Virus record (IMG/VR): IMGVR_UViG_3300025633_000001
Origin: an uncultured virus (IMG/VR IMGVR_UViG_3300025633_000001)
Lineage: Duplodnaviria > Heunggongvirae > Uroviricota > Caudoviricetes
DNA: 64,000 nt
Direction: 5' to 3' (one strand)
Below are positions 40,036-51,054 of this stretch, one piece after another (position 1 is the stretch's first letter; the number at the start of each line of letters is the position of its first letter). The notes below the pieces were generated by a model. The model did no database searches. It was not told where the DNA came from and worked only from the letters and a program-made list of their open reading frames with translations. Made by a program: the position numbers and the translations under genes.

Positions 40036-40329
40036 TCAGGAGCGCGAGGTCCGTCGCGTGCGCTTCCGGGGCGGCTTCCCGCCGAGGTGGGGCGTGGTCT
40101 TCCGGCTGATAGTCGCGCGGTCGAGGTACTTGCCGATCATTTCCTCGAGCTCACCGATGCCGAGTTCTTCGCCTCGCTGGCGGCGCACCTCAACAAGTAG
40201 GTCGATGACGCGCTGGTGGTCCCGCTCATGGGCGGTCTTGCTCGCCCGCGCGGTCTCTACCGCTTGCAGAAGGTCGTCCACCACGTCGGTCACATCTCCA
40301 TCATCGGTGATTTGCACGCACGACTTCAA
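40036..40329 (-). CDS. Small HTH-like regulator
   Basis: IGELEEMIGKYLDRATISRK; divergent from the initiator gene. Confidence 0.45.
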   Translation of the reverse strand: MKSCVQITDDGDVTDVVDDLLQAVETARASKTAHERDHQRVIDLLVEVRRQRGEELGIGELEEMIGKYLDRATISRKTTPHLGGKPPRKRTRRTSRS

Positions 40330-40549
40330 GTCATGCGTGACCTCATGCTAACACGCATGACCTGTGAGCACGACCAACTAGCATGTGTTCTTAACATGAT
40401 GTAGTGTCATGCTTGCACTGAACGCAGCTAGCCAGAACGGGAACGGCAAGATGGTGGGGACTAGTGGCAATCGGCATCACCATCTGGATTCAGGCCCTCT
40501 CGGAGCCTGTGCACGGCCAGCACTCCGCACGCGCGGAGGTGGTGCGGTT

Positions 40550-41428
40550 ATGGGCATCAGGCTCGTCTGCGAGGTGCTTGACCACTACCACGGCCCGGAC
40601 GGGCACAAGCTCTGGCTCATCGCCTGGGCCGAGAAAGCCAACGACCGGACCCGCGCCGGCTGGCCGACGAGAGAAGTTCTCGCCCATCGCACAGGCAGGT
40701 CCCAGGTCCGCGTGTCGAACATCTCTACGGAACTGTGTGCCGAGGGAATCCTCAAGCGCGACGGCGGCGGCCATCGCGGCGCCCCGGCGCGGTTCATCAT
40801 GCTCCCGCTCACGACCGAAAGTAAGGGTTCGGAGCTGGAGAACCCTAAAGGCGACGTTGAGGGTTCGGAGCTAGCGAACCCTACTAACGCCGATTTGGGT
40901 TCGGAATCAGCGAACCCTAAACCGGAGGTAAAGGGTTCGGAATCGGCGAGAAAGGGTTCGGAATCGGCGAGAAAGGGTTCGGAGCCGAGTCCTGGACCTG
41001 CGGAAACAGGCTCACTACCCCTCATTATCCCCTCAGTACAACAACCCTCATCCTTCGAGGCGGACGCTGACGCGCCCACCGCGCCGACAGCCCAAACCAT
41101 CCTTGCCAGCTTTATCGACTGGGTGCGCGGCAACGGCGGCGACCTTACCGACCAGACCAAGGGCAAGCTCGCCCGCCAGATCGGCAAGCTCGTCGCCGAG
41201 GGCAGGGACGACCGGCATATCCGCAAAGGGCTTGCCGACTGGTTCCTCGCCAGCAAGAACACATCCCTGCTCGATGACTTCGTGAACGACGCCATCAACG
41301 CAGACGCGCGGAACCGCCTCGCGCAGAACGGGCACGGCCCGAAGAAACCGCAACGCGACTACTCCCGCGGCGGTGCGGGCGACCCGCTTACTGATCAGGT
41401 CTACGGCAAAGGAAAGACCCGCATATGA
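40550..41428 (+). CDS. Replication initiator (wHTH, internal iterons)
   Basis: WPTREVLAHRTGRS wHTH; internal repeats; upstream of DnaC-like and DnaB genes. Confidence 0.78.
   Translation: MGIRLVCEVLDHYHGPDGHKLWLIAWAEKANDRTRAGWPTREVLAHRTGRSQVRVSNISTELCAEGILKRDGGGHRGAPARFIMLPLTTESKGSELENPKGDVEGSELANPTNADLGSESANPKPEVKGSESARKGSESARKGSEPSPGPAETGSLPLIIPSVQQPSSFEADADAPTAPTAQTILASFIDWVRGNGGDLTDQTKGKLARQIGKLVAEGRDDRHIRKGLADWFLASKNTSLLDDFVNDAINADARNRLAQNGHGPKKPQRDYSRGGAGDPLTDQVYGKGKTRI
40824..40983. repeat. Iteron cluster / probable replication origin
   Basis: Six GGGTTCGGA, three paired with inverted GAACCCT; 21-bp tandem AAAGGGTTCGGAATCGGCGAG. Confidence 0.8.
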
Positions 41429-42000
41429 CACCCGACGACATCAACGCCGAGGCCGCTGCCATCTGGCTGGCCGAACGACGGCAGCGCCTCATGGCCAACC
41501 TGCTGGCACACCGGCCGGTCGCGTTCACTGCCCCTGGCGAACTCCACTCGGATCTTGGGGACTGGGCGCAGGATCTAGCCAAGGGCAAGTCCCGGAACCT
41601 GGTCCTGACCGGGCCGGTCGGCGTCGGCAAGACCTGGGCTATCTGGAAGGCCGCCGAACTGGCCGTCATGTCCGGCTATGAAGGCTCCGTCGTCATCACC
41701 TCCGCGGCCAGGCTGCGGCGCTACCTCGCCCCGGCAACAGCCGACCCGGCCGCATTCACCCGCTGCCGTGACGCCAACCTGCTGGCGATCGATGACCTCG
41801 GCGCGTTCCGCTTGTCTGAATGGGACCTGGACAACCTCGGCGAACTGGCCGACACCCGGTGGGGGGCGCAAGCCCCGACCGTCATTTCGTCCAACACCAC
41901 CGACCTGGAAAAGCTGCTCGGCCCGCGGATCTCCAGCCGGCTCGCCGACGGTGCCCTGATCGTGGAGATGGACGGCCCGGACCGCAGGAGGCAGCCGTGA
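41425..42000 (+). CDS. DnaC/IstB-like helicase loader
   Basis: GPVGVGKT, LLAIDDLG, SSN, RISSRL, GPDRR. Confidence 0.9.
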   Translation: MTPDDINAEAAAIWLAERRQRLMANLLAHRPVAFTAPGELHSDLGDWAQDLAKGKSRNLVLTGPVGVGKTWAIWKAAELAVMSGYEGSVVITSAARLRRYLAPATADPAAFTRCRDANLLAIDDLGAFRLSEWDLDNLGELADTRWGAQAPTVISSNTTDLEKLLGPRISSRLADGALIVEMDGPDRRRQP

Positions 42001-43421
42001 CCGACCTCGCCGACGAGATCCTGGCGCCGGGCCGGACCGATGACGTGGTGTACGCCGAGAAGGCCGTGCTCGGCTCGATGATCGCCTACCGGAACGCCGC
42101 CGAGCAGGTGCTCGAGGTGCTGGACCGGGACGACTGCTTCAGCGTCACCGCGCACCGCGGCGTGTACGCAGCGGTGCGCCACCTCACCGAGGGGGGCCAC
42201 CTCACCAAGCGCGGCAGCCTGGCCGGGGACGGCAGCGAGGCCGCGGCGGGCGCGGTGCAATCCCGGCTCGCCGCGGTCCTGACCCGCTTGGTCGCCGCCG
42301 AGCAGGGGATCTGGCGCACCAGCCAGGCCGGCCTGATCCTCGCCGACCTGTACGCCCACGCGACCGGCGCCTACATGACCAGCGCCGTGACGGTCCAGCG
42401 CGCCGCCCGGCAGCGGTGGCTCCTGGACGCCCTGTCCGCCGCCCGGCAGGCCGCGGCCGGACCGGGGTTCGACGCCGACGAGCAGGGTGACATGATCCGC
42501 AAGCTGGTCGATGACGCGCTCGCCGTCCCGTCGGCCTCCCGCACGGACGCCGTGACCGCCGCGGACCTGTACATGTCCACGCTGGAGCGGCTGGAATCCC
42601 CGGACCCGCCCGGCATGATCCGGTTCCCGTACGCCGAGCTGCGCCGGCTGATCCCGTGGCTGCGCCCCGGCCAGCTGGTGACGGTCGCCGCCCGCCCCAG
42701 CCTGGGCAAGTCCGTGGTGGTCCAGGATCTCGCCCGGTACACGGGCCTGCGCCGCCAGATCCCCTGCATCCTGTTCACGCTCGAGCAGATCCGCGACGAG
42801 GTAGGCGACCGCCTCCTCGCCGCGGAGTCGGGGGTCTCGCTCAGCCACATCACCGAGAAGACCCTCAGCGAGGACGACTGGGACCGGATCGCCGCCGCGC
42901 AGTCGCGGTTCGCGGCTTCGGCGCTGGTGATCGATGACGCGCCGAAGATCACCCCGGCGCATATCCGGGCCCGCTTGCGCGGCATGGCCCGCACCGCTCC
43001 CGCGCAACTCGCGATTGTCGACTACGTGCAGCTCATGGAAGGAGCGCCGGGCGCGGAGAACCGCCAGCGGGAAGTGACCAAGCTGGTTTCCGATCTCAAG
43101 GAGATCGCCCGCGAGTTCCGCCTCCCGATGGTGATGGCCTGCCAGCTCAACCGGGGCCCGGAACACCGGCAGGACAAGCGGCCGGCCCTGTCCGACGCCC
43201 GCGAGACCGGATCGATCGAGAACGATTCCGACGTAGCGGTCCTGATCCACCGCCCCGACTTCTACGACCCCGAGTCACCGCGGGCGGGTGAAGCGGACTT
43301 CCTGGTCGACAAAAACCGCAACGGTGCCCGCGGCGTGGCCACGGTCGGCTTCCAGGGCCGGTTCGCCCGGTTCGTAGACCCCACATGGACCCCCTCATCT
43401 GTCGTTGGAGGCTTCGAATGA
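41997..43421 (+). CDS. dnaB: Replicative DNA helicase
   Basis: AARPSLGKS, IVDYVQL, CQLNR, DARETGSIENDSD, KNRNG. Confidence 0.95.
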   Translation: MTDLADEILAPGRTDDVVYAEKAVLGSMIAYRNAAEQVLEVLDRDDCFSVTAHRGVYAAVRHLTEGGHLTKRGSLAGDGSEAAAGAVQSRLAAVLTRLVAAEQGIWRTSQAGLILADLYAHATGAYMTSAVTVQRAARQRWLLDALSAARQAAAGPGFDADEQGDMIRKLVDDALAVPSASRTDAVTAADLYMSTLERLESPDPPGMIRFPYAELRRLIPWLRPGQLVTVAARPSLGKSVVVQDLARYTGLRRQIPCILFTLEQIRDEVGDRLLAAESGVSLSHITEKTLSEDDWDRIAAAQSRFAASALVIDDAPKITPAHIRARLRGMARTAPAQLAIVDYVQLMEGAPGAENRQREVTKLVSDLKEIAREFRLPMVMACQLNRGPEHRQDKRPALSDARETGSIENDSDVAVLIHRPDFYDPESPRAGEADFLVDKNRNGARGVATVGFQGRFARFVDPTWTPSSVVGGFE

Positions 43422-44121
43422 GCGACAAATCCCCGCTGGCCGACTGCTGCCAGAAGCACAACCCGATGACGGCACCTGCCGTGCGCCCCTACGGGGCCAC
43501 CCTGGACGGCGACAACCTGCGCGCTGAGTACCGCTGCGCCTGCGGCAACGACTGGTCGTGCTGGTGGAGTGCTCGTGGCGCGGGCTGGACCGCCGAGGAC
43601 GTGCATGAGCTGAACCTTTCGACGGCCCGGATCGATACGGGGCCTGTCGTGAGCGAGTGGTACCACCGCGGACCGTGCCATCGCTGCTCAGCCTGCGACG
43701 GCAGCGAGTGCTATGTCCGGAGCGACGGCATCAACCCCGAGCTTCACATCTGCGCAAAGGGCTGCGACGGGACGCCGCCCGCGATGGAGCGTGCCGCATG
43801 ATCCCCAACGATCTCCCCGACCTCCGGGACGCCTGTCCCGCCTGCCCGCCCGGCGACGCACCCGCGGCCCTTCCCGTCACCCCCGCCGCCGAGATCAACG
43901 GCCACCGGGTCGCCGACTACCAGTGCACGGCCTGCGAGACCGCGTGGACCGCGGCGTTCGACCGCTACGGCTGGCCTGTCGAGCGGCTGATTGCCCCGGT
44001 CGCGCCAGAGCAGGCCGCCCGTCACCGTGACGAGCTCGCCGCGGAACTGAGGGCAGCAGCGTGAACGAGACCACCGTAACCCCCTGACCCGAGACCATCC
44101 CGACCGAGAGGACCAGGACCG

Positions 44122-44526
44122 ATGAGCACCACCACCGAGACCATGACCAGCCCAGAGCAGATGCTGCGCGAGTTCCACGCCTCCAAGGCCATCCACAACG
44201 GCCTGATGCCCAAGACCCCGACCGCCGGCATCCCTGACTGGGTGCGCGACCTGCGCATGGCCCTGCTGGACGAGGAGGTTGAGGAGCTGCGGGAGGCCAT
44301 CGCCGAGGGCGACATCGTGAAGATCGCCGACGCGCTCGGGGACATCGAGCACGTCACGCGGGGAACCGCCGTGGCCTATGGCATCCCGTCCGACGCCGTG
44401 TTCGCCGAGATCTTCCGCTCCAACATGACCAAGGACAACAGCCCGGCCGAGGGCAAGCTGGTCAAGGGGCCCGGTTACGAGGAGCCGCAGATTGCGCGCG
44501 TGCTCGGCCTCGGGGGTGCGGCCTGA
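44122..44526 (+). CDS. MazG/PRA-PH-like NTP pyrophosphohydrolase
   Basis: LLDEEVEEL...IADALGD...SNMTK...GKLVKG. Confidence 0.85.
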   Translation: MSTTTETMTSPEQMLREFHASKAIHNGLMPKTPTAGIPDWVRDLRMALLDEEVEELREAIAEGDIVKIADALGDIEHVTRGTAVAYGIPSDAVFAEIFRSNMTKDNSPAEGKLVKGPGYEEPQIARVLGLGGAA

Positions 44527-45107
44527 TGAGCACCACCGACGAGACCGGCGGCCCGCGTCCGTGCGACTGCGGACCTGACGAGCGCTGTTTCGAGTGCGCG
44601 ACCGATGACGAGTTGCTTGCATCGATCCCGCCCGCGCAACTCGGACTCGACGCCGCTGGAAACTGGGAGCCCCGGTGACCTCCACCCCCGAGAGCATCAC
44701 CGAGGCCGAACTGGCGACGTACTACGAGCAGCGCGGCGACGTGCTCGATCCCAAGGCGGCGGCTAGTGCCGCGTTCGGCGTCATCGGCGCCACCCGTGAG
44801 CCCGAGTACGAGCCGGGCGAGATTTACCGGGACGTGCACGGCGACGTCTTCAAGTACTGCAATGAGCTTGCAGGCGACACCCCGTGGCTCGGCTTCACCG
44901 GCGAACTGTACGAGCCAAGTCACCCGGCAAAACCCCTCCGCAAGATGGTCCCCGAAGGCCAGCACGAGCAAGCCGCGGTTCTCGTGGCCGAATGGCGCAG
45001 GCTGGGCGAGCGGGACGGTGCCGTGCCGCCGTGGGGGGACGGCTACCGGGCCGCGCTCCGTAAATGCGCGGACGAACTTGAATACGCACTCAAGTCCGGA
45101 GGTAGCG

Positions 45108-45848
45108 GTGACTGAGCAGCCGGAAGCCCCGGCACTGGCCCGGCAGCTGACCGAAGCCGCGGACAGGCACCGGGAGAACCTCCTCTACACCGCCCCGGAG
45201 TTCTACGGCGAGCGATGGGATCAGTTCCGCGAGCAGCTGCGGGACATCGCCGACGACTTCGAGCCCGCACCTGCACCCGCCGAGGCGGGAGCGGCCGGGC
45301 AACTGCGCCAGCGCCCGGGCGACCAGCAGCTCCCCGTCCCGAACGACGGCCCGTCGATGCACGACCTCGCGGCCGAGGATGTCCGCCGCCGTCATCCCGG
45401 CGGACGGGCCCCCGAGATCCACGCCGTCGTCCGTGACCTCGCGGCCCGCAAGCAGCTGGGCCTAGACCGCTACGGCAACCTCTTGCAGGCTCACAACGGC
45501 CGGGATGTGCTACGTGACCTGTCCGAGGAACTGCTCGACGCCATCGTCTACTGCAAGCAGTGGCTTGAGGAAGCCGGCGAGGAGCACCCGTACGCCGTCG
45601 TGATGCGGCGGGAGTACCAGAACCTGCTGACTGGCGTCCTGACGGTCCGGCGGGTCATCGGCACCGGGGAAGAGGCTCCACTCCCGCCGGCCAACGCCGC
45701 CGCAAAGGTGACGGTGAGTCTCGAATGCGGCCACGAGGGCTGGATCTACAGCGACGAGACCGCCTGCAAGCTCGCCTGGTGCGGTGCATGCGAGACACTC
45801 CGGGCATTCACTCCAGCACGCGAGGTCGGGACCGGGGAGAAGTCATGA
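45108..45848 (+). CDS. Protein with MazG-like all-alpha NTP-PPase domain
   Basis: RKQLGLDRYG...NGRD...EELLDAIVY. Confidence 0.55.
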   Translation: MTEQPEAPALARQLTEAADRHRENLLYTAPEFYGERWDQFREQLRDIADDFEPAPAPAEAGAAGQLRQRPGDQQLPVPNDGPSMHDLAAEDVRRRHPGGRAPEIHAVVRDLAARKQLGLDRYGNLLQAHNGRDVLRDLSEELLDAIVYCKQWLEEAGEEHPYAVVMRREYQNLLTGVLTVRRVIGTGEEAPLPPANAAAKVTVSLECGHEGWIYSDETACKLAWCGACETLRAFTPAREVGTGEKS

Positions 45849-46189
45849 CCGCAGGCCCCTACAGCATCGGAAGCGACCGCTGGCCCGGACTGGCCAAGAT
45901 GGCCGAGGAGTGCGCCGAGGCGATCCAGGTCGCCATGAAGATCGTCGCCGCGAACGGGGAATCCGCCTACTGGGACGGATCGGACCTGCGGCAGCGGCTG
46001 GAAGACGAGATCGCCGATGTCTGCGCCGCCGTTGACTTCCTGATCCTCGCGAACGGACTGGACCAGGACCGCATCCGCCACCGCGCCGGCGGCAAGCTCG
46101 CTCTTTTCCAGGGCTGGCACCGCGAGCACGGCGACGGGAGCATCACGGGAACCATTACCGGCACCGAGGGGGATGGCGACCATGACTGA
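45845..46189 (+). CDS. MazG-like protein
   Basis: MAEECAEAIQ...LEDEIADV. Confidence 0.7.
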   Translation: MTAGPYSIGSDRWPGLAKMAEECAEAIQVAMKIVAANGESAYWDGSDLRQRLEDEIADVCAAVDFLILANGLDQDRIRHRAGGKLALFQGWHREHGDGSITGTITGTEGDGDHD

Positions 46190-46554
46190 GCACGGACTCA
46201 GCAAGGACCGGATGACTCTAGTGATCGCGAGCCGCGAACCAGGCGGTCGGCGCGTCGTCACCCTGCACCGTCAGCCGCAGGCCGGGCCGTTCACCGACGC
46301 GGACGTGGCCGCCGCGCTCAGCCGGGTTCCTTCGTCCGGGAAAATGCAGCCCGGCCAGCGGAACCGCACCCGCCGCACCGAGACCAGCCTTGGCACCGTA
46401 TGGACGCACCTGATGCTCGGACCGCCTACCTGGTGGCTGCCGAAGCTGCGGCGCGAGCAGGACGGCACCGTCATGGCCGGCTGGCTCCGCCTCGCAGTGG
46501 CGATCAGGATAGACCGGTACCGGGCCATCGGCACCGAGGGGGATAGCGACCATG
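46159..46554 (+). repeat. 26-bp direct repeat flanking gene 46182-46559
   Basis: CGGCACCGAGGGGGAT(G/A)GCGACCATG at 46159-46184 and 46529-46554. Confidence 0.85.
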
Positions 46555-47903
46555 GCTAGCAGCGACCTCCCGCCCGGCGTAATCGCGGCGATCGAAGCGG
46601 CGGCACTGGAGCGGTTCGGGGACATCATCGCTCGCGGCGTGGATGCGCAGATGGCCGACCGGATGCCTGTGATCGAGGCCGCGGTGCGCGCCGATGAGCG
46701 GAAGCGCATCCGCCGTGGCGTCCTGGCCCGCGAGATGGTCTTGCAGCACCCCGTGGACGGCGACCGCGTAGCAGTACTCACGCTCGACCTGGAGCAGATC
46801 ATCGGCGCAGAGGATGGTTCCTGATGAGCTGGGAGTCCCGCGCCGACCTCGCCGAGTCCATGGTCGGCCCCGCCTGCGACCTCGCGGGCCTGGTCCACGA
46901 CGGCGACGCGGACGGCATCGCCCGGTTCCTCGCACGGTACGGCCTGGCCGATGCCCCGCCCGGGACCAAGGCCCTGGTGGTCGTTCTCGCCGCCATGGTG
47001 CCCGTGGACGAACGCTCGGACGCGGAGTTGCTCGCGTGGGTCGGAGGGGGTCCGCTCACGGTCCTGCCGCAGCTGAGGGCTGTCGAGGCCGAGCCCGAAC
47101 CGGAGCCGGAAGGGCACACCGCGCAGGAGCTGAAGGATGCCGTCGCGGAGGCGACGCGGCTCAGGCGGGCCGGGCGGGAAGTGCCGGCCGATGTCGCGAA
47201 GCTGGCGGCGGCGTACAGCTCGTGGCGCAGGCAGGTGCAGGAAGCGCGGAAGATGGCCGGGCCGAAACCGGCAGCAGCGACGGAGGCCGAGGCGGCATGA
47301 CCGGCTTGCTCATCTGCGCCCTGACGCCGCTGCCGAACGGATTCCTGCTGTCCCGGATAGCACCCCTGATTTGGCGGTTCCACGGCGGCTGGGGCGCCAC
47401 GGGCTTCGTGCTGGCCGTCACTTCCGCGAGTTCCGGCGAGTGGGCCTGGGCTGCGGCCGGTGCCGCTAACGCCGCCCTCGCCGCAATCTGCTGGTGGCTG
47501 TCCCGTCGTAAGCGCAGGCACGTCGCGAAGCTCATCGGAGCCACGTCCCGCGCTCTCCTCGCTGCTGTCGTGGCCCGCATGAAAGATGCCCTCAAGCCGC
47601 GGACGGTCCTGCGGCCGGTTCCGGGCGGCGCGTCGTGGTCGTGAGCATGCGGGCCGACTCGCCTTGCACCCTGTGCGGCTACCGCATCCGCCTGGTCATG
47701 GTCGGCACCGCCCGCGTGAATAAGCGATCGATGCGGGTGTCGTCAACTCTGGGGGCCTGGCAGTACAACGACTGCCCGGAGTGCGGTACTCCCGTCGCCC
47801 GTGGCTCTGCGGCTCCTGTGACGGCATGGGTACTGATGCCGGGGGATGCGGCGAAGGTGGCGGAGTACCGGGAGCGCCGGTTCGGGGTGGCGGCGTGAGG
47901 GCG

Positions 47904-48119
47904 CTACTCGGCGGGAGGCTCGACCTCGGGCAGCCGGCCATGATCGCGGGCCCACGCTTCTACGGCGGGCCGCCTCCATACCTTGCCCATGTGCAGTACG
48001 TCGTAGGGCTTAGGGAAGTCCTTGTGCGCCACGATTTGCTGCGCCCGTTGCCTGCTGACGCTCAGCATCTCGGCGATCTCGTGGGTGCCGACGAGTCGGC
48101 GTGCGAACATCATGACCAT
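47904..48119 (-). CDS. AlpA-like HTH regulator
   Basis: LVGTHEIAEMLSVSRQRAQQI...DFPKP...VW. Confidence 0.75.
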   Translation of the reverse strand: MVMMFARRLVGTHEIAEMLSVSRQRAQQIVAHKDFPKPYDVLHMGKVWRRPAVEAWARDHGRLPEVEPPAE

Positions 48120-48170
48120 GATCTTACATTGCAGTTGACTACTTGGCACTTGACTAGTAGTGTCACAGGC

Positions 48171-48557
48171 ATGGAAACAACCGCTGACCAGCCCGCCGAG
48201 TGCCGTCGCTGCCATCGCAAGGTTCTGCGGTCGGCCACCTCTCGCGCCGCTGGCATCGGCCCCCGCTGCGCCGCCATCGAGGCCGCGTTCGCCGGTCTCA
48301 GCGACAAGCAGCGCGCCAAGGCTGACCAGCTCATCACCGACAAGGGCATCGTCAAGGTCCGCACCGGGATCTACCGGGCGGCGGGCGAGGACGGCCACGC
48401 TGAGCACATCGCGTCCGTGAACGGCAATTGCACGTGCGAGTGGGGGCGGCGCCGGGTGAGCGCCACCACGAAGACCTGTTACGTCGTGGCCGTGGCCCGG
48501 CTGATGGCAAAGCCGCGCCGCACCGTGCGGCGCTCCGATCTAGCGAAAGCGGCCTGA
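48171..48557 (+). CDS. DUF6011 + SWIM-like Zn-finger protein
   Basis: CRRCHR...SRAAGIGPRC; CTC...C. Confidence 0.65.
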   Translation: METTADQPAECRRCHRKVLRSATSRAAGIGPRCAAIEAAFAGLSDKQRAKADQLITDKGIVKVRTGIYRAAGEDGHAEHIASVNGNCTCEWGRRRVSATTKTCYVVAVARLMAKPRRTVRRSDLAKAA

Positions 48558-48693
48558 CCGATGGCTCTCACCGCCCGCGACATCCTCATGGACGCCGACC
48601 TGTTCCGCCGCGCCTACCCGTCGTGGCCGTCTTCGCCTGACGAGACCTGCCTGTCCTGCGGCCACCCCGAAGGCTGCCCGTGCACCTGCTGTT

Positions 48694-49383
48694 ACCCGGA
48701 GGCCTGAGATGGCCCTGCTAGCCGAGATCCGCGAGACCGTCACCCGCCCGCGCATCACCCGGTCCGGACTCACCAGGCCCGAGTGCTGGGGAGCCGAGAC
48801 CGCTGACGGCGCCTGGGGCTTCGAGCGCGAGGAGTCCTCCGGCACCCCGTGGCTGGTTTACCACCGGCCCAGCGTCGCGGACGGCTCGTACACGATGCCG
48901 GTCCTGCACTGCGGAACCCTGCGCGAGTGCCGGGCGCTCGTGGCCGGCGGCACGGCCGGGCAGGAACTGACCCGGCGCAAATCCGACCCCGATGCGATCA
49001 GGCTGGCCGCCCTGCTCGCCGCGCTCACCCCGAACCCGGAGGCCTGAAGCATGACCACCACCGACACCAAGCTCACCCGAGCCGAAGCCGCCTACGCCCA
49101 CCTCGCCAGCTTCAAGCGCGGCGACACCGTAGACGTCGGCGGCCGGTCGTTCTTCCAGCCCGGTACCGTCACCGCGCCGCAGAAGACGGGGGAGCGCCCC
49201 GAGTGCGCCCGCCGTATCGAGTGCGCTTACCTCACCGTCGAGGGCTGCGGTGTCGAGACCAGGGTCACCGTCACTTCGCTGCTGTCCGGCAAGCACACCA
49301 TCACCAGCCGGGCCGACGCTAAGGCCGGGAACGTCCGGTACTTCGACGCGGCCGGGTATGCGCACCAGAACCCGGAGGCCTAG
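48694..49383 (+). repeat. Three gene-boundary repeats ACCCGGAGGCCT(GA/AG)
   Basis: At 48694, 49034 and 49370; each contains RBS plus stop, just before the next ATG. Confidence 0.75.
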
Positions 49384-51054
49384 CCATGTGCACCCGCACC
49401 CACCGCTACACCGCCGCCATCCCCGGCCAGCTATCCCGCTACTCCGGCCCTGACGAGGCACCCGCCATCGAGGCCCTGCTGAGTACCGGCACCGACGGCG
49501 GCGAAGAGGGCTACGTCACGGCTGAGCACGAGGACGGCACCACCTGCCCGGCCGAAGGGGACCGGATCGCGGACGCGGCCGAAGCGGTCCTGGCCGAGCG
49601 TGACGCGCTGGCGGCTCAGGGGTTGCCCGTGTCCATGGCGTCCGAATCCCCGAGGAAGGCTGACCGATGACCACCTCCGAGACCAAGCGCATCCGCTGGG
49701 AAGATCAGCCCGAGCCTGGAGGGGCCATCGGCTACGTCGGAACGCAGGACAGCCGGGCGTTCACCATCTGGCCTCCGCTGACCGACGAGGACGAGTGGCT
49801 GCTGTCCTGCGCGTTCAGTCACATGGCGACCGAGCGCTGTTTCGGCAGCGACCGCGGCGAGCTTGAGGCCAAGGCCGAAAGCTGGCTGGCGGAATTCGTC
49901 ACCTCCATCGGCGCGGTCTTCAAGGCCCCCGACCTGCCACCGCCGAACCGTGGCCCGATGCGAGACCTCACGTGCGGGGCTTGCGGTGAGGAGTTCGGGA
50001 CCAACTTCGACGTGGACAAGATCGACTGCCCGAGGTGCGAGGCGCGCCGGTGCCCGTGCTGCGGTGATTGGTTCGGAGCCGAGTGGTGAGCACCGAAACC
50101 CGCTTCGCCGAAGGCGACCGGGTAGAAGCCGTCGAGCACATTGACTCCACCCGCCAGCCGAAGCCAGGCGGGGAGATCGTGCCCGGCACGGTGATCGCCG
50201 CCAGCGAGGCATACGCGAAGGCCCGGTTCGATGACGGGCGCACCGCCTCGTTCTGGCAGGGGTCCGGGTGGACCGCGTGGGACGGCTGGTTCCGCTGGCG
50301 CCTGAGACTCGCAGACACGACATCCGCCATCACGGCGGGGGAGGACTAGACCATGGACACCGAGGGCCACAACCCCGATAACCTCTGCAACTGCGAACCG
50401 GGCAGCATCGACGCCTGCGAGTACCGGATGCTCGCTGACGCCGTAGTCGAGCATCTCGGCCCGCGTGACGGCGACGAAGCCGAGGTCGCGCTCTGCATCA
50501 CCGCGGTCGAGCGGGCCGGGAAGTTCATCGCCTCGCTGCCGTGTACCTGCAAGCCCGGCTATGACGATGATCCGTGCGGGCGTTGCTCCGTGCTCGGCCA
50601 GTGGCATGGCGAGGGGACGGGCGGCTAAATGCCTGACACCCTACTGAAGCTAGCGGATGACTTGGATGCCGAGTCAAAGAGGCTGCTTGCCGTGGCCGCG
50701 AGACTTAAAACCGGTGCCGCGGGGACGCGGAATCGGGCCTGGGCTCACCGGGACTGCGCCGACGCCCTCCGCGAGGGCATCACCCGCGAGCTGACCAAGG
50801 GGGAGGCGACTCCGTGAGCTTCGTAACCATGTCCGGAGACGCATCGGACCCGCGCGCCGGCCACACCTGGCGATCAGAAGACGGGACCATCAACGGCATC
50901 ATGCGATTCGGGGACCGGAGCTGGCCGTATCTTGCGTTCTATTCCTCCGCCGAGGCCCGCGCTCACGCTGCTGCCGCCATCGAGATCGCCGAGGCGATGG
51001 AACGGCTCGAAGCGGAGACCGCGGTTCTCCCGGCCAAGGGGGAGGGCGGCACCG

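Noticed and set aside
40824..40983. CRISPR-like array
   Set aside because: Short in-frame repeats inside a coding gene with no unique 30-40 nt spacers; no cas genes in the window
48694..49383. Integron attC or CRISPR repeats
   Set aside because: Only 14 bp, no attC-like hairpin, and spacers are whole genes
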